A stretch of 64,000 nt of DNA from Moniliella sp. 'wahieum' (Eukaryota): assembly GCA_003971905.1 (NCBI GenBank), contig RSEE01000009.1, positions 620,001 to 684,000 on the forward strand, read 5' to 3'. A program made the position numbers and the translations under genes. The notes beneath the pieces are model-generated. The model saw only the letters and a program-made list of their open reading frames with translations. It was not told the origin of the DNA and searched no databases. How positions within the stretch are numbered: position 1 is the stretch's first letter; every line of letters begins with the position of its first letter. Shown here in pieces: positions 1 through 12,852 of this stretch.

Positions 1-11
1 TTTCACCGTTT

Positions 12-1175
12 ATGCCGTTTGTCCCGTATGGCTACGGCATGGTTCCTGGGCAAGCGGTCGGACCGCCGGCTGCCACAGGGGTAGCCAGTATCGGCAGTAC
101 TCGCTCCCGTCCTCGTGGTCGTGCCCACCCGCATTCGCGCTCCCACCTACGATCGCGTTCCACGTCTTCGCGCTCCTCCTCGGGATCGGGATCATCGTCG
201 GGATCTACATCCGGGTCGGGAACTGCGTCGGGATCGGGGTCGGGATCAGGGTCCGGGTCGGAATCGGGGTCCGGGTCAGGGTCCGAGTCGGAACCCGAGA
301 CGGATCGGGTGGGTGGGCGCGCTGAACTGGCTCCTGCCACTGAGCGCATGGAGACCAGCCAGGTGACGCAGGCACAGGAGGATACGGGGTTGGGCGCCGC
401 ACTGCGCCAACTTCAGCGCTTGCAAGATCAATTGGACCGCGAAGAGGCGGTGGGAAAGCCTGCCGCCGCCTCGACCGCTACCCCGCCGCCGCACTCCCCA
501 CCGTACTCGCACACGGCGCCGCAATCTGTACCTGCACCAGAGCCTGCGCCTGCTTCTGTGCCTGCTTCTGTGCCTGCTTCTGTGCCTGCTTCTGTGCCTG
601 CTTCTGTGCCTGCATCTGCCCCGGAACCGTACCACCGAACATCGGCGAAGGGGGCGGAAGAGCGTGGGGATGGTACCGTTTCGCCTACGTTGCCCACGTC
701 GGATCCTTCCCGCATTCCGAGCGAGGAGGGACACGGCAATGAGACCAACGGGGTCGAGGGGGGGTTGGCTTCTGATCCTGCTGCCCCCCGCATGTCGGAT
801 AAGGATACGGATGCGGATGCTCCAGGGCGGGAGGACCGTGAGTCGGAGCGCAAAGGAGATGCCGCCAAGCTTCCGGCTCCACCCAAGGAACCCCCTGCGA
901 GCTCTGATGTGGGCTCACATGTGGCCCGACCTGCGGATGAGGGTGCGGATGCAGAGGGGGATGCCGGAGAGGAGATGGAGCTGGGGGATCTGGACGAGGC
1001 GGATCTGGCGCTGCTGTACGCTGCGGCGCAGGAGGTGGAGGTGGAGGAGGTGGCGGCGGCAGAGGCGGTCAAAGAGGCGCAGGAGGCAGAGGTGGCCAAG
1101 ACGAGGGCGAGTGCGGCGCCGAAGCGTGCGGCCGAGGGGAGCGCGGTGGGCGCCAAGCGGCTGCGTGTGGGCTAG
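12..1175 (+). CDS. Low-complexity (SG, PASV, acidic) protein, probably the 3' part of a gene starting upstream of the window; ends in a basic NLS-like AKRLRVG
   Basis: 387-aa ORF at the window edge with coding-like composition; no recognisable domain. Confidence 0.5.
   Translation: MPFVPYGYGMVPGQAVGPPAATGVASIGSTRSRPRGRAHPHSRSHLRSRSTSSRSSSGSGSSSGSTSGSGTASGSGSGSGSGSESGSGSGSESEPETDRVGGRAELAPATERMETSQVTQAQEDTGLGAALRQLQRLQDQLDREEAVGKPAAASTATPPPHSPPYSHTAPQSVPAPEPAPASVPASVPASVPASVPASVPASAPEPYHRTSAKGAEERGDGTVSPTLPTSDPSRIPSEEGHGNETNGVEGGLASDPAAPRMSDKDTDADAPGREDRESERKGDAAKLPAPPKEPPASSDVGSHVARPADEGADAEGDAGEEMELGDLDEADLALLYAAAQEVEVEEVAAAEAVKEAQEAEVAKTRASAAPKRAAEGSAVGAKRLRVG
549..608 (+). repeat. 12-bp tandem repeat (CCTGCTTCTGTG)x5 encoding (PASV)5
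   Basis: Five perfect copies read directly, followed by one degenerate copy. Confidence 0.95.
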
Positions 1176-1474
1176 GAGCAGGCGCTGTCCGAGGCATGAC
1201 TTGCTTGCTTGCTTGCTGGATGTATGGATGTATGAATGATGGAGAGAGCGTCTCTTGCCTTCCCTCTCGCCCGTTGCTGGATGGGATCTGTCGTGTGTAG
1301 ATGAGCTATAGATCGGCTATAGTCCCCGCAAAACGCGCGCGCCCTGCCTCGAACCAGCGGCGGCGCGGGCGGACGCCAGCATCCATCAGCAGCTCACGCG
1401 AGACTAGAAATTGAAACGAGCACCGCCGCCTGGGCGCTTCCCACCACCTCGTCTTCGCGTCCGCTTCTTCCGGC

Positions 1475-4400
1475 ATGGCGCCCCCCCCCCCCGCCCCACG
1501 CCCCCCCCCCGCCGCCGCCCCCTCCCCACCCCACTCCTGCGCCTGCTCCCTCGCGCCCCGGCTGGTGTACAACAGCCTCATGCTCCTCCACCGCCACCCC
1601 GTCGACGCCCACCCGAAGCGCCCCTCCGCACCGCCCACATCTTCCGCCTGCTCAAGACGTCGGCTACCTGGCCAAGCTCGTGCGCGTGCCCACGCGCGAA
1701 GCGCGTCGCAGCGAGATCCGCCGTGTCCACACCCAGGCTGTTGTGAGCGGCGTGTACAACAGCGCGCTCCTGCCCCCCGCCGTGCTTTCTGCCCAGGCTC
1801 CGCAGCTCGAGCGCGACAGCAGCTTGTACCTCAACGATACTCGGCTGTCTGTGCGCGTCTGTCGGCCGGCAGCTTGGTGGAGATGTGCGAGGCGGTCGTC
1901 TCGGGTCGCATCCGTAACGGCTTTGCCCTCATCCGTCCGCCCGGGCACCACGCCGAGCCCGACCGCTCAATGGGCTTTTGTCTCTTCAACAATGTCGCGA
2001 TTGCCGTGCGCGCCATGCAGGACCGCTACCCAGCCGGGGAGCGGGCGGTGCGACGAGTGATGATTTTGGACTGGTCCGTCTTGCTCTTTCCTTTCGCATT
2101 TGCGTTTTGTTGGGATGGTTGTTTTTTGTGCTGTGTATGTGGACTGCTGACCCTTCTCTTTGCTCTCGTCACCTTGCACACACAGGGACGTACACCATGG
2201 CAACGGCACCCAGGCCGTGTTCAACGACGATCCATCGGTGCTGTACGTGTCACTGCATCGGTACGACGATGGCACGTTTTATCCCGGTGGTCCCTTTGGG
2301 TCGGCGGAGAGCGTGGGCGTAGGTGCCGGGCGCGGGTACAGTGTCAATGTGCCGTGGCCGACGTATGGCATGGGCGATGGCGACTACCTCGCTGCGTTTG
2401 ACCAGATCATCATGCCCATCGCTACCGAGTACGCGCCCGACCTGGTCATCATCTCGGCCGGGTTTGATGCGGCCAAGGGCGACCCGCTCGGGCTGAACTT
2501 GGTTTCGCCCACGGGCTATGCGCACATGACCAGCCGTCTTGCCGAGCTGGCCGGCGGTCGCTTGGTGGTGGCGCTCGAAGGCGGGTACAATGTCGATGCC
2601 ATCGCTCCTTCTGCCTTGGCTGTGACACGTGTCTTGCTCGGCGAGCACCTCCTGCCTTGCCACCACGCACCATCGCATCGCCAACGGCACGAAGGACGTG
2701 TGCCAAAGTGCGCAGTGTGCATGCTCGCTTTTGGACCAACCTGGCCGACCCGGATCTGAGCAGTGAGGCCGACCCCTCGCGCTCTGCTACTACTACCGCT
2801 ATCACCACTTCAGCTTCTGCTACTACTTCTGCCGCCACCGCCGCCTCGCCAACCTCGACCGGAGAGGACAACCCAACCCCCGGCCAAACGCCGCCGGATC
2901 TCCGCGACCGGACCGGCATGGTTACGCCACCCAGCCCTCGCCATCCCGGCGACCGAGGCAGACTTGCTGCAGATTTGGCGGGAAAAGATATATTGGGACC
3001 ACTACCAGCTGACCCCGTTTGCCCTTCCCGACCCACCACCGTATGCCTACTTGCCCGACCACTCAGACCTCCCGCCCGCTTCGCTCGCCGAGCCAGACCA
3101 AACTCAAGATCAAGGCCAGGAGCAGACCCCGTGCGGGTCGAACCGGCACCTGCAACAGCACCCGCAACCGCTGCTACCACAGCAACAGCAATTTCCACAG
3201 CAGCAGCAGCAGCAGCAACACGGGCGGACCCAGTTGACCTTACAGCCGGTGCGAACGGTGCGAACGGTACGCGGGTGGTGGCTCTGCTCTACCCGCTCTA
3301 CCCGCTCTCTGCCCGGGGGTCTGACGACGTGGCCGGTGCCCACCTCGGAATTGGACGCGCCCCGGCGCAAACGATTCCTCCCACCGCCGCCCGTTGCCCC
3401 GCTGGTTCACGCCATGCTGCCGTACGACTTTTCGCCTCGGCCCACGGTGTGCCCCCTGACCCCTGTAGCTCCGGTTCTGGGTCAGGCTCCGGCTCAGGAT
3501 CGGGCGTCCAGCCTGCTACACCTCAGCCAAGGGCTACCGTGCCGTGGCTCTACGTGCACGATACAGGGCCCTACCGTGCTGGGTGGGCACGAAAGTGGTA
3601 CGCCGCTGGACAACAGTGGGGGCTGGACCTTTGCCTCGGTCCCGGACCCCGCGCGCTCGTCGCGTGAACCCGAGCCCGCGTCCAATACCAACCCCAACCC
3701 CAACCCAACCCAATCCAACCCCAATACCAACCCCAATCCTAATCCCAACGACGATCATCATCATGATCACAACCGGGACGAGATGACGTCGCTCTTGACC
3801 TGGGCACGGGCCAACCGGGTGGCTGTGGTGGACGTGTGCGCGTTGGTGGCGCCCGTCCATCGGCTCCGATGGCGCAACGACCGTACAGTACTTCGTACAC
3901 CGGCGTGGGGAAAGAGGTGATGGCGCAGCTTGCGCGCTGGGCCGGCTCTCGGTATCGTGCTCCGGTGAGTGTCCAGGACGCGATTGGGCTCGCGGCGATC
4001 GCAGCGTGGATGGGCGGTAGTTTGTGTGGGCTTCCGCGGATTCTGGTGGGCAGTGGCAGTGCCGGTGTGGACGGCGTGATGGCGGTGATAGCGCGCGCGG
4101 GACGAGAAGGTGGCTGCGATTGTCCAACTGGCTGGCATGGGCGCTGTGCCGCACACGCCTGGAGCCAGCACGATTGCCGCTCATTTCCCCCAGGGGACAG
4201 GAGCAGGACTGGGCGTGTCGCACCACGACCGTCTGTTGGCCGCCCGGTTGGAAGCCGAACAGGTGACGCAAGTGTACCACGATCGCTCCTTGGTCTTGCT
4301 CCCCACACGCATCCGGCCGCCTCCCGCTCGCGGTCCCTCTCGGCGCGGCATGGTACGATTGCCGTGTCGAACTGTGCCAGTCCCACCCGGCTCGTCGCTG

Positions 4401-4730
4401 AGGAGATGGGCCGGATCACCGCGTTCCTCAATGACAAATTGGGCTTTGCATCTAGCCCTGCCGTGTCGGACTCTGCTCCTGGGCCTGCTCCGGCTACTGC
4501 TACTGCTCCGGTTGCTGCACACCGGCTGCTGCTCCCGCCCCTGTTTCCTGCCGCGGCCCCTGTCCCGCCGCGGCCCCTGCTCTCCTGCTCCTGCTCCCGT
4601 CCCTGCTCCAGCCATGGCCTCAGCCACAGCCTCAGCCTCGACCTCTGCCCCTGCTGCCTCGACTGCTCCAACCGCTCCAACCGCTCTCGCGCCCCCCGAG
4701 GCGGGCGCGATGCATGCCGCCGCAGTATAA
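1475..4730 (+). CDS. HDA1: Class II histone deacetylase (Hda1/Clr3-like), several apparent frameshifts, intron 2074-2185
   Basis: Motifs HP(E)xPx[28 protein letters not shown] across a GT..CAG intron, YVSLHRY, SAGFDA, LEGGY; long C-terminal region where Hda1/Clr3 carries the Arb2 domain. Confidence 0.9.
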
Positions 4731-4983
4731 CAGAGGAAGAAAGGTAGGCAGGGCAAGCGCAAACTAAACTAAGGTAAGGTAAGATCACAATTAAGCTAAC
4801 CCAACCAATGAACACGAATCACCCCCCGCAATAAGGCCCAAAGGAAGGAAGACGGGGGGAGGGTAGGCAACCCACACATGATTCATCGTTCGTATCAACG
4901 TTTTCAGTGGCACGGGTTTTTTCGGTGTACAACATTCGTATACAAGTACCAAGTCGTCCAAGCAACTGGAGCAAACAGCCGGC

Positions 4984-7030
4984 CTACCACCGCCCATGGG
5001 ACTTGCACGAGTAACTGGCCCGATCAGAAATTAGGTACGGCAGGTGACGATGGGGTGGTCGGCGCGGTGCTGAGGGAAAGGGAGGGAAGGGGGTGGAGAG
5101 CAAGCGAGAGGAGGAGCGCGGGGGACCGAGGGAATGAAGGGCATGAAAAGAAAAACGAGAACGCGCCACCTCGATCGGCTCGACCCGCTGACTGGTGAGA
5201 GAGAGCGACCGAAGCCAGTGAGGGAGCCCTACCTGGCGCTGGAGCTGGAGCTGGAGCCGGGGCAGGAGCGGACGCAGGCGCATGCGCCAAAGGTGAACTG
5301 GAGCTGAGACTGGAACTGGAACTGGAGCCGGAACGGGAACTTGTCCCGCTCGTTCCTTCAAGTAGAGCGAGATGGCGTCCAACTCGTCCCCTACGAAGCA
5401 AAGCGTGAGCCAAGTGGGTTCGATCCGCCATGGGCAAGCGCGGCCATACGTTCCAAAGCCTGAGGGTCAACATCGAGGTGGGTGGGTCCCTGTGTCGCAC
5501 TGTTGGGCTCAGGAAGTCCTACCTCGCCCTCCGGATGGGCCGACGGGGCCAACGGGGCCAAAGGTACCATCTCCGCGCGAGAACTGTAGGAACGGGGAGA
5601 AGCCATGGAAGACCGAGGTTGGCTGCGCGGTAGCGGAGCAGACGAGAAACGGTACGAGGTGTTGGGCAACGGAGCAGGATGGGACAAGGGGGCGCGTGCG
5701 AACCCGAACCCGATCGATACCCAAATCCAGATCCAGCCCAGACCCAGACCCAGACCGACCCAGAGCAGGATCTGGATCGAGAACCAGGTCCCAAGCCCCG
5801 GAAGGGGGGGGCGCAGAAGCAAAAGAAGACGGGAGACCCAGACCCAAGTGAGTGGAAAATCGTGGAGAGGGGGCGAACGGGGGGCGGAGCGTGTGCTACC
5901 GCTACTGTGTAGCAAGGGGGACGAGAGGTCCGTAGGTGGACTGCGGGGGGGCAGGAGGGAGGGGACGGGGAAGGATAGGAATGCAAATCCGAGGCGGCAG
6001 GGAGCGAGCTAAGGGACAGCTTGGCACTGTTTGCGGTCGAGGTGCGGCGGGCCGGAACCGGTGTAAGCACTCTGTGCGCGCGCATGCGCAGCCATGGATG
6101 CAGTAGATGGGGTGGATGCGGCAGGCAGGAGAAGCGCCGTTGCCCCGTTCGCGCAGAGGGGCAAAGAAGGAGCGGCGCACACGCGACCGGTCGGGCGGCG
6201 AGGAGAGACTGAGACGGCGTGGACGCCGAGAAGCACGGCGGGAAGATGGATTGGATGGGTGGGATTGCGGCAGAGGCATTGGGGGAGGTAAAACGAATGT
6301 GGTGTCTGCGCGCCTGGTGATGGGGGCACAACCGGAGGGGAGGCGGCATAGGAGGAGGCGGAGGAAAACGGGAAGGCAGAGGGAGAAGGGAAGGTGCGCG
6401 AGGGGACGGCGGGGGATGTCGTGCAGACTCGAGGCAACGGCAGGACGAGTGTGAGAGACAGAGGAGAAGCGGTGTCTGCGGGAAAACGAGCAGGACGAAC
6501 GCCGGATGTCAGCCACGGCCATGGCCGTGGCGCGATGGGACCATGCGGGAAGCGCAGTGGGAGTGGCAAGAAGCTGGACGGTGGCAGCACGGTACATGCG
6601 GGCAAGGTCGCCTGGGATCAATGCGACCAGGTCGCCGTGCTCGTCACGCGGCACGGCGGAGCAAAAGACGTCGGGCCAGGGGCAGTCCAGTCCGAATACA
6701 GGCATGGCCCAAGGAGCCGCCTCCAGGTCCTTCTCCGCCTCCTCCGCCTCCTCTGGCTCGTCCTCGTCGTCATCTCCTGGGGAGAAAGGAGGTGGAATGA
6801 AAGACGGGGCACGGGAGAAGGCAAAGGGGTGGAGGAAGGAGCTGGGGACGGATGGGCGGATGCAGATTGAGGTGGCTGCGCATGTGAGGAGTGGCTGCTG
6901 GTACTGCTGCTGCTGTCGCTGGGGGAGGGGCTGTGGGTGTAGAGGTCGAGGATGGAAAGGGTAGCGGAGAGGGCGTCAAGGGTGCTGTCGGGGGTGCTGA
7001 TGCCCGGCGGCGTGGGGCCATGGCGGCCAT
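4984..7030 (-). CDS. Hypothetical protein (fragmented by frameshifts)
   Basis: Chain of overlapping minus-strand ORF segments (MAAMAPRRR..., acidic patch, MPVFGLDCPWPDVFCS...); no recognisable family; ends uncertain. Confidence 0.35.
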
Positions 7031-7753
7031 GGGGTGGGGGGGGGTTGAGAGACGGTGGTGGTGGGGGGGGACGCAGGCGAGTGGCTCGCAGAAGAGAGCA
7101 GGGGTCACGTGACTTGGTGTGGCCAATAGCAGAAGCGCTTCCTTTGGTTGCCGGTTACCGCCATCTTGGCGCACCCGCACGTGGCTGTCTGTGTGGGATG
7201 CGGGCTGCCATGGACGTCGGCATGTTCAGCGGAAGACATGCGGGGGGGTGCTCGAGGGAGGGATGGGGAAACGGCATAGCTGATTACTACAAAAGGGGGG
7301 ACGCGAGGAGGGCCTGGTGCTGATGGGGACGCGAGGAGGGCCTGCATGGTGCAGATGGACGACGGCGGATACAAAAGCGGGGGTTATGATACGCTGCATG
7401 CCGAGTGGTGGATTGGATGGGGCCCCAAGTTGGTTGCCGGCGCGCCAAGGCGCTAAGCGTGGATGGCCGACAGGGGATGGGGGATGGAATGGGAGGCATG
7501 GGCGGCATGGCAACCAGCGACGCACTGGCCGCGTGTGGCGTGGATCGGAATGGCAGCGGCGGGGGACGGAGGTGATGGGATCGCTGATCGGATCCAGCCG
7601 ATCGACTGATCGAATCGTCGTCGGTCGATCCACGCCCGATCGCTCGTCTCGCTATTCGAGGGGGAATCAGGCAGGGCAAGAGTATAGGCGAGTGTCGCGC
7701 AGGGGTTGTAGGCAGTCATTCCGTCCCATCTACCATCCATCCATCCATCCCAT

Positions 7754-7827
7754 CATCTCTTCTACCCCATCCATCTCTTCTACCCCATCCATCTCTTCTA
7801 CCCCCATCCATCTCTTCTACCCCCATC
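7754..7827 (+). repeat. 18-19-bp pyrimidine-rich tandem repeat (CATCTCTTCTACCCCATC)x4
   Basis: Four adjacent copies, differing only in C-run length. Confidence 0.9.
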
Positions 7828-7939
7828 CGTCCCATCTGCTCCCTGCTTCTCTTCTTCCCTTCCTCCCTTCTTTCTTTATCTCTCCTTCCTCTCTCTTCTT
7901 CTCCCCCCCCACCTCCGCCCTCTCTACAGCCAGCACGCC

Positions 7940-9865
7940 ATGCACCCGCCCCACAGCTCCCTCTCCCAGCGCCGCAGCCCGCCCCCGCCACCACCGCTTG
8001 CCCCCCCCGGTCCCCCATCCCCCCCATCCTCCGCCCCCCGTTGGGCACCTACCCCCTGGCCTTGGTCCGCTTCCCCTTCCGCCCTATCTGCCCCGCCTCC
8101 AGGCCTCGTCCCCACCCCTCCCTCCACCACCCTCCCTCCCCACCCCCCTGCCCCTCCTCTTTCTCCCCAATAGCCCCCACCCGCATCTCGCCCCCAAACA
8201 CAATCCCCGCCACGTCGCCACCCAGGTTGCCCTCAGTGCCTTGTCCCTCGACGACGACGATGACGATGACAACGACCGCATCAACAACTACCAATACAAT
8301 GACTACGACAATGACGACCCAGTGGCGCGTCAAACGAACAGCCCAACCCATCCATCGAGCATTTGCACACGCACTCCTCCCAGTCAAAGGGGGCGTATCG
8401 CGCAGACAAGCATGCACTTGTTCTTTCTCTTCCTGGCCCCCGTTCTTCCATCTTGGCCTTCCCCGGTCAATTCCCTGCCGACCGATCGCCTGTCTCCCTC
8501 ACGGACTCCTCCCTGCCACCCGACCAAGGCACCCGGCGCAAGGGCCGGGCACGCATGAGCCAAGAAAAACGGCGCCGCCTCGCCCGCCGCCGGGAACGCG
8601 AACGCGAAGCTGCCTTGGCTGCTGCCGTCTCCACCGCTCCCTCCTTGGCCTTCGCACACTTGGAACCCCCCTCGCTCGCGTCCCAACATCCCCGCCCCCC
8701 CTCGGCCAGCAACAGTAGCAACCCTTCGCCTCTTGCTTCACACCGTGCGCAATCGAGCCGGAAGACCACGGTGACCTCATACCCGCCTCCTCCCGTGCGC
8801 TGGGGTCCGTAGGGAATAACTCACTGGGTCTAGCTGTGTACCCTGCTGGTCATGCCGACGACTGGCAACGTCCCCATCTCTCCCAGGATCACCTCGCCCA
8901 CCCGCGCCGCACCCAATGGGGCGACCCTCTCCCACGCCCCATCCATCGCTCCAGTCCGTCGCGAGCGCAGGGCCAGAGAGCGCTTCATCTCCTCGCCACA
9001 GACCAATCGGGAGATCGGGGCCATCAGGGCAATCGAGGCCAGTGCCCCCCTCCCGCATCTTCTTTCGCCACTGCCATCCCCTCGCGCTCGATGCTCCGAC
9101 CGCACCTTTACCCAGCGGACCAAGGCCTGGCATTGAGCCTGAACCTCAACCTGAACCTAAACCTGAACGTTGACAGCGACGAGGACAGGGACCGGGACCG
9201 TGCCTGGGACCGCGACTGGAACTGGGACCTGGAAAGGAACCTAGAAAGGGACCGGGACCTTCACCTGCGCCCGCCCCTCCTCCACCACGCTCCGCCCCTC
9301 CACACATATCCACCTTCCCCGTTCTCCCTTCACGTGCCGTTGCCCCTTCCCCAATCCCAACCTCCAACCCCCTCGACCCCAACCACAATCACCGTTGCCA
9401 CCACTGTACACTGTGCCCTCCCCTCAGCCCACCCTGCCAACCACAGCTCCCATCTGGTCTGCGGCCGACCCCTCCTCGCTTTATCCCGCTACCTTACCCC
9501 TGGCCTACTCCCTACGACTGACGCTGCTACTCTCGCGGCTGCTCCTGGGCCACCTCCACCGCGGTCCCTGTGCCCAGTCCGTATGCGCCTTCCCCCTCGC
9601 CGCGCCTGGCATGGTCGCCTCCCCGTCCGGTGGACGACACGCCGACGGCGCCAGCACTCCTGGCTCCCGTCCCACTGCTTCGCTACCTTTGCGCTCCTCT
9701 TCTTCCCAACTACCTTCGCCTCTGCCTTCACCCCTGCCTTCGCCCTTGCCTTCGCCCCTGCCTTTGCCGCATGCCGTGTTGCCCTCGCCTCATACCCACG
9801 CGCTCCACCACGCCTTGGCCACCGCATACACCACTCGGCGCCCTCCCGCGCCCACCTGGCCCTAA
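7940..9865 (+). CDS. Hypothetical Pro/Ser-rich disordered protein (fragmented)
   Basis: ATG after a CT-rich leader; successive ORF pieces incl. basic helix MSQEKRRRLARRREREREAA; no domain recognised. Confidence 0.3.
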
Positions 9866-10478
9866 TTCACCCCCCTTACCTTACCTCATTTACTGTCCTT
9901 TACCTGCCCCCCCTGTCCTGTCCTTTCCCGTCCTGTCCTGTCCTGTCCTATTGCACTGCATTGTCCCCGCTTTCTCCTTTCTTTTGTCTTGCGTTGCGAT
10001 GTGGGTCTGATTCAATGCGTGTCCGTGGACACGCGTGGACGTGGGATGGGGGTTGCGGGGAGCACTGAAGCGATCTGGTTCGTTTTTGGGGCGTGTTTTC
10101 TTGATTGTGCTTACCCCACCAAGTATGGGAGTAGAGCCCTGAACACCGGTGAGATCCAACCTTTCATCGTTGGTGGAGGGTCTATAACCATTCTCGAGTC
10201 TCCATCTTGTCTCCTCCCTCCCTTCTTCTCCCTTCTCCCTTCTCCCGTCCGACCCGCCCTGTGTCCTACACACTCAAGATACCTCTTTTGTCCCCACTCC
10301 TTTTCGCCTCGTGTACCTCGGGATCTTGCGCCCACCCCGTCCTTGCAATTGAATCAATCCGAATCCGATGCCGCATCCGTCTCCATCCTCCGTCTTTAGA
10401 ACGTTACTCGACAAAAACACAGGACGCCCACGTCCACAGGTTGCGTTAACATCTCTCTCGTCTCTTTTGGTCTGCTAC

Positions 10479-12351
10479 TTACTCTCCACGCCTTGACGTC
10501 TCCACACCATCCGTCTCTCTCGGTCCAGGCTCAACCATCAGTCCATTGTACCTTGACCTACTTACACCGTGGATCCAGCATATTATGTGTCCCCTGTCCC
10601 CGCTGCACTGGCAACCCACCGCGCCGAGGCAGGTAAGTGCAAGGGACTGGGAAGACGGACCGGGGGCCAGGACGGGAGTAGGGGGTAACCCGGGCGGTGT
10701 TAGGTGGGTGAGGGTTAGGTAGAACCCTGGCTTGGCTGGGTCGGGCGCGTACCGTTGCTCCCTCTGGCATCGCCACAGCGGGGTGGGGTGCGGGTACAGT
10801 TCGGTCTGAGGCGTAGGCGCCGCTGCAGGATCCAGCTCATTCTCAGGCCCGGCGTCGGGCGCAACAGGTGCAGAATCCAGGCCAGACGAGCCGGTACGGT
10901 GACGAGGGCGCTTCCGCTTGGTGCTTGGGTCACGGCAGCTGTAGTACTTGCCTGTGAGGGACATGGTCTCCCCCTCCACCGACCAAGATGGGGTGGCCAG
11001 GGCAAGTGGGGCGGAGGGTAGGGGGGAGGAGGTAAGGTCCCAGCCGATCGCGACGGCGGTACGACGCGCTCGACCTGTTCGACCCGTTTGGCACGTTCGG
11101 AGCCAAGGGCCAAGACACCGGGGCAGAGCGGACGGAAACGTCGGCGGAAACCGACGAACTAGGCACAGCAGCCGACAAACTGTAGTGACGCAACGACATT
11201 CGTTCCCCTGTTTCGTCCAATCCCCGCGATCCCACCGATCTCACTGATCCCACCGACCCTACCGAACGGCGCGTGCCCACGACCGGTCCAAGCCGACGGC
11301 GAGACGAAGGGGGGGCACAGGGGCAGCGGGCGCATCTACCCGCGGTCCAGAAGAGGCAGCAGAGGTACAAGAGCGGGTGGAAGAACTGCATGTTGAAGGC
11401 GGAAGCAATGTCGATGGGAACGACGACGGAGGGTGTGTCTCCGCGGGCCAAACCATCCACTGGACCGACATCTCCTCTGCGCCCGAGCGGCGTAGTCCAG
11501 GCACTTGGGAAAGATGCTGCCCCTGCTCGGCTGTTGCGTGGGAGTGCGGGCCCGGCGGTGACTCAGTGGGTGTACCGGGCAAGACGGGGTCTGGTCCTTG
11601 GGGGGTGCTTTGGGCATAACGGGCGGGACGGACGGTGCGCGCGACAGGCAGGGTGCTGGGTGCCCCGGAACGGGCGATGAGAAGGTCAATGTACGCATGT
11701 AACTCAGCAATGTACTCTGCATCCCACAGTTCACGCGGCCGAGGAGAGGAGAGGAACGGGATGGCAAGGAAAGAAGAACGCAACGACAGACACAACAGGG
11801 GTTAGTACCACAACCTCCACACCCAACGAAAGCAAGAGCAGCACAACGTACCCACGGTATGAGTCAGCACATCCAGCTTGTTGAGCCCCAGCTCCTCGTC
11901 GTAGTTGGGCGGTGGGGGCGGCGGGCCGCGTCGCCGTGGCCGCGGGACGGCGGGCGGTGACCCCTCGGTTCGCCATCCTCGTCGGCGCGCCATCGCAAGG
12001 GGCTGCGGAGGCGTAGCGGTGGGCGAGCGGGCCTGTGAGGGGCACGGTGTGGCCCAGGCGGCGGGCCATGAGGAGCGCACAGGCGGGCACGGTGTTGCGG
12101 AGAGAAACGAGGCGACGGTTGATTTTCTCGCGCCGGCGCCGTTCGATCTGCGAGTGCAGCGCCCGCTTTGCGCCGTCCCTGGGGCGGGCGGCCGCGCGGC
12201 GTCGGTGCGGGAAGGTGGCATGGCGGGGGAGGCGGGGCGGTGCTGGGGCAGGCTGCGTCGGCTGGGCCACAGGCGGTCACACGACGCGGGGGGGGGGCAG
12301 ACGTCAAACGTCAGGGTCAGACGTCGAAAGCGCCGGCTATCGGTCGGCCAT
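10479..12351 (-). CDS. bHLH transcription factor, intron 11717-11851
   Basis: Basic/helix1 KRALHSQIERRRREKINRRLVSLRNTVP, long loop, helix2 LNKLDVLTHTV|EYIAEL joined across a GTACGT..CAG intron; start and end approximate. Confidence 0.85.
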
Positions 12352-12489
12352 TGCGCACGTGCGGGGCACAGCGGCAGTGTCCCCGCCCGCCTGCGCCCCG
12401 CAGCGGCGAGGATTACATTATTGAAGCCTGTCTGGCTGCCCCCCACACGACCTCCCGCGCTGCTTGCCACATCACGCCCGCGAAAAGAA

Positions 12490-12576
12490 AGGTCCCACTG
12501 GGATTCGAACCCAGGTTTCAGGAAGGCAATCAACACGATCAGAATCCTACTTCCTAACCAACTAGAACATGGAACC
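12490..12576 (-). tRNA. tRNA-Gln (anticodon CUG) with 14-nt intron (12525-12538)
   Basis: GGTTCCA/TGGGACC acceptor stem, D-loop AGTTGGTT, stem TAGGA/TCCTG around TT-CTG-A, T-arm CTGGG-TTCGAAT-CCCAG, followed by a T-rich Pol III terminator. Confidence 0.95.
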
Positions 12577-12852
12577 GCTGGTGGTTGCCCTGGGCGGATG
12601 CAATAGTGCTGCTGGCTTTCTCCAGTATGCCCCTCTCCAGATTCTGGGGAGAGAAAGCACTGCGCCTACCAAGCTATCTATGCACGTCAACCGGCTTTCG
12701 CCACATGGACTGGCACATCGACCATCGAACGCAGATAGTAGAGCAGATGGTGATGGACTAGAATGGGGCTTTTGGGGGTTAGGGGCAGGAGGCAGAGGGG
12801 GCGTGCAGGCACCAAATAGGAAACGAGACGGGACGCTAACGGGAACGAACGA

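Noticed and set aside
170..300. Regular 6/12-bp repeats here and at 3685-3745, 9135-9260, 27280-27330
   Set aside because: Ordinary coding microsatellites (SG, NP, DW/DR, HS dipeptides); no spacer structure, not CRISPR-like
1478..1535. Long C-runs (G-quadruplex potential on the minus strand) at the HDAC 5' end
   Set aside because: Poly-Pro coding and C/G runs are ubiquitous in this window, and run lengths are unreliable in this assembly
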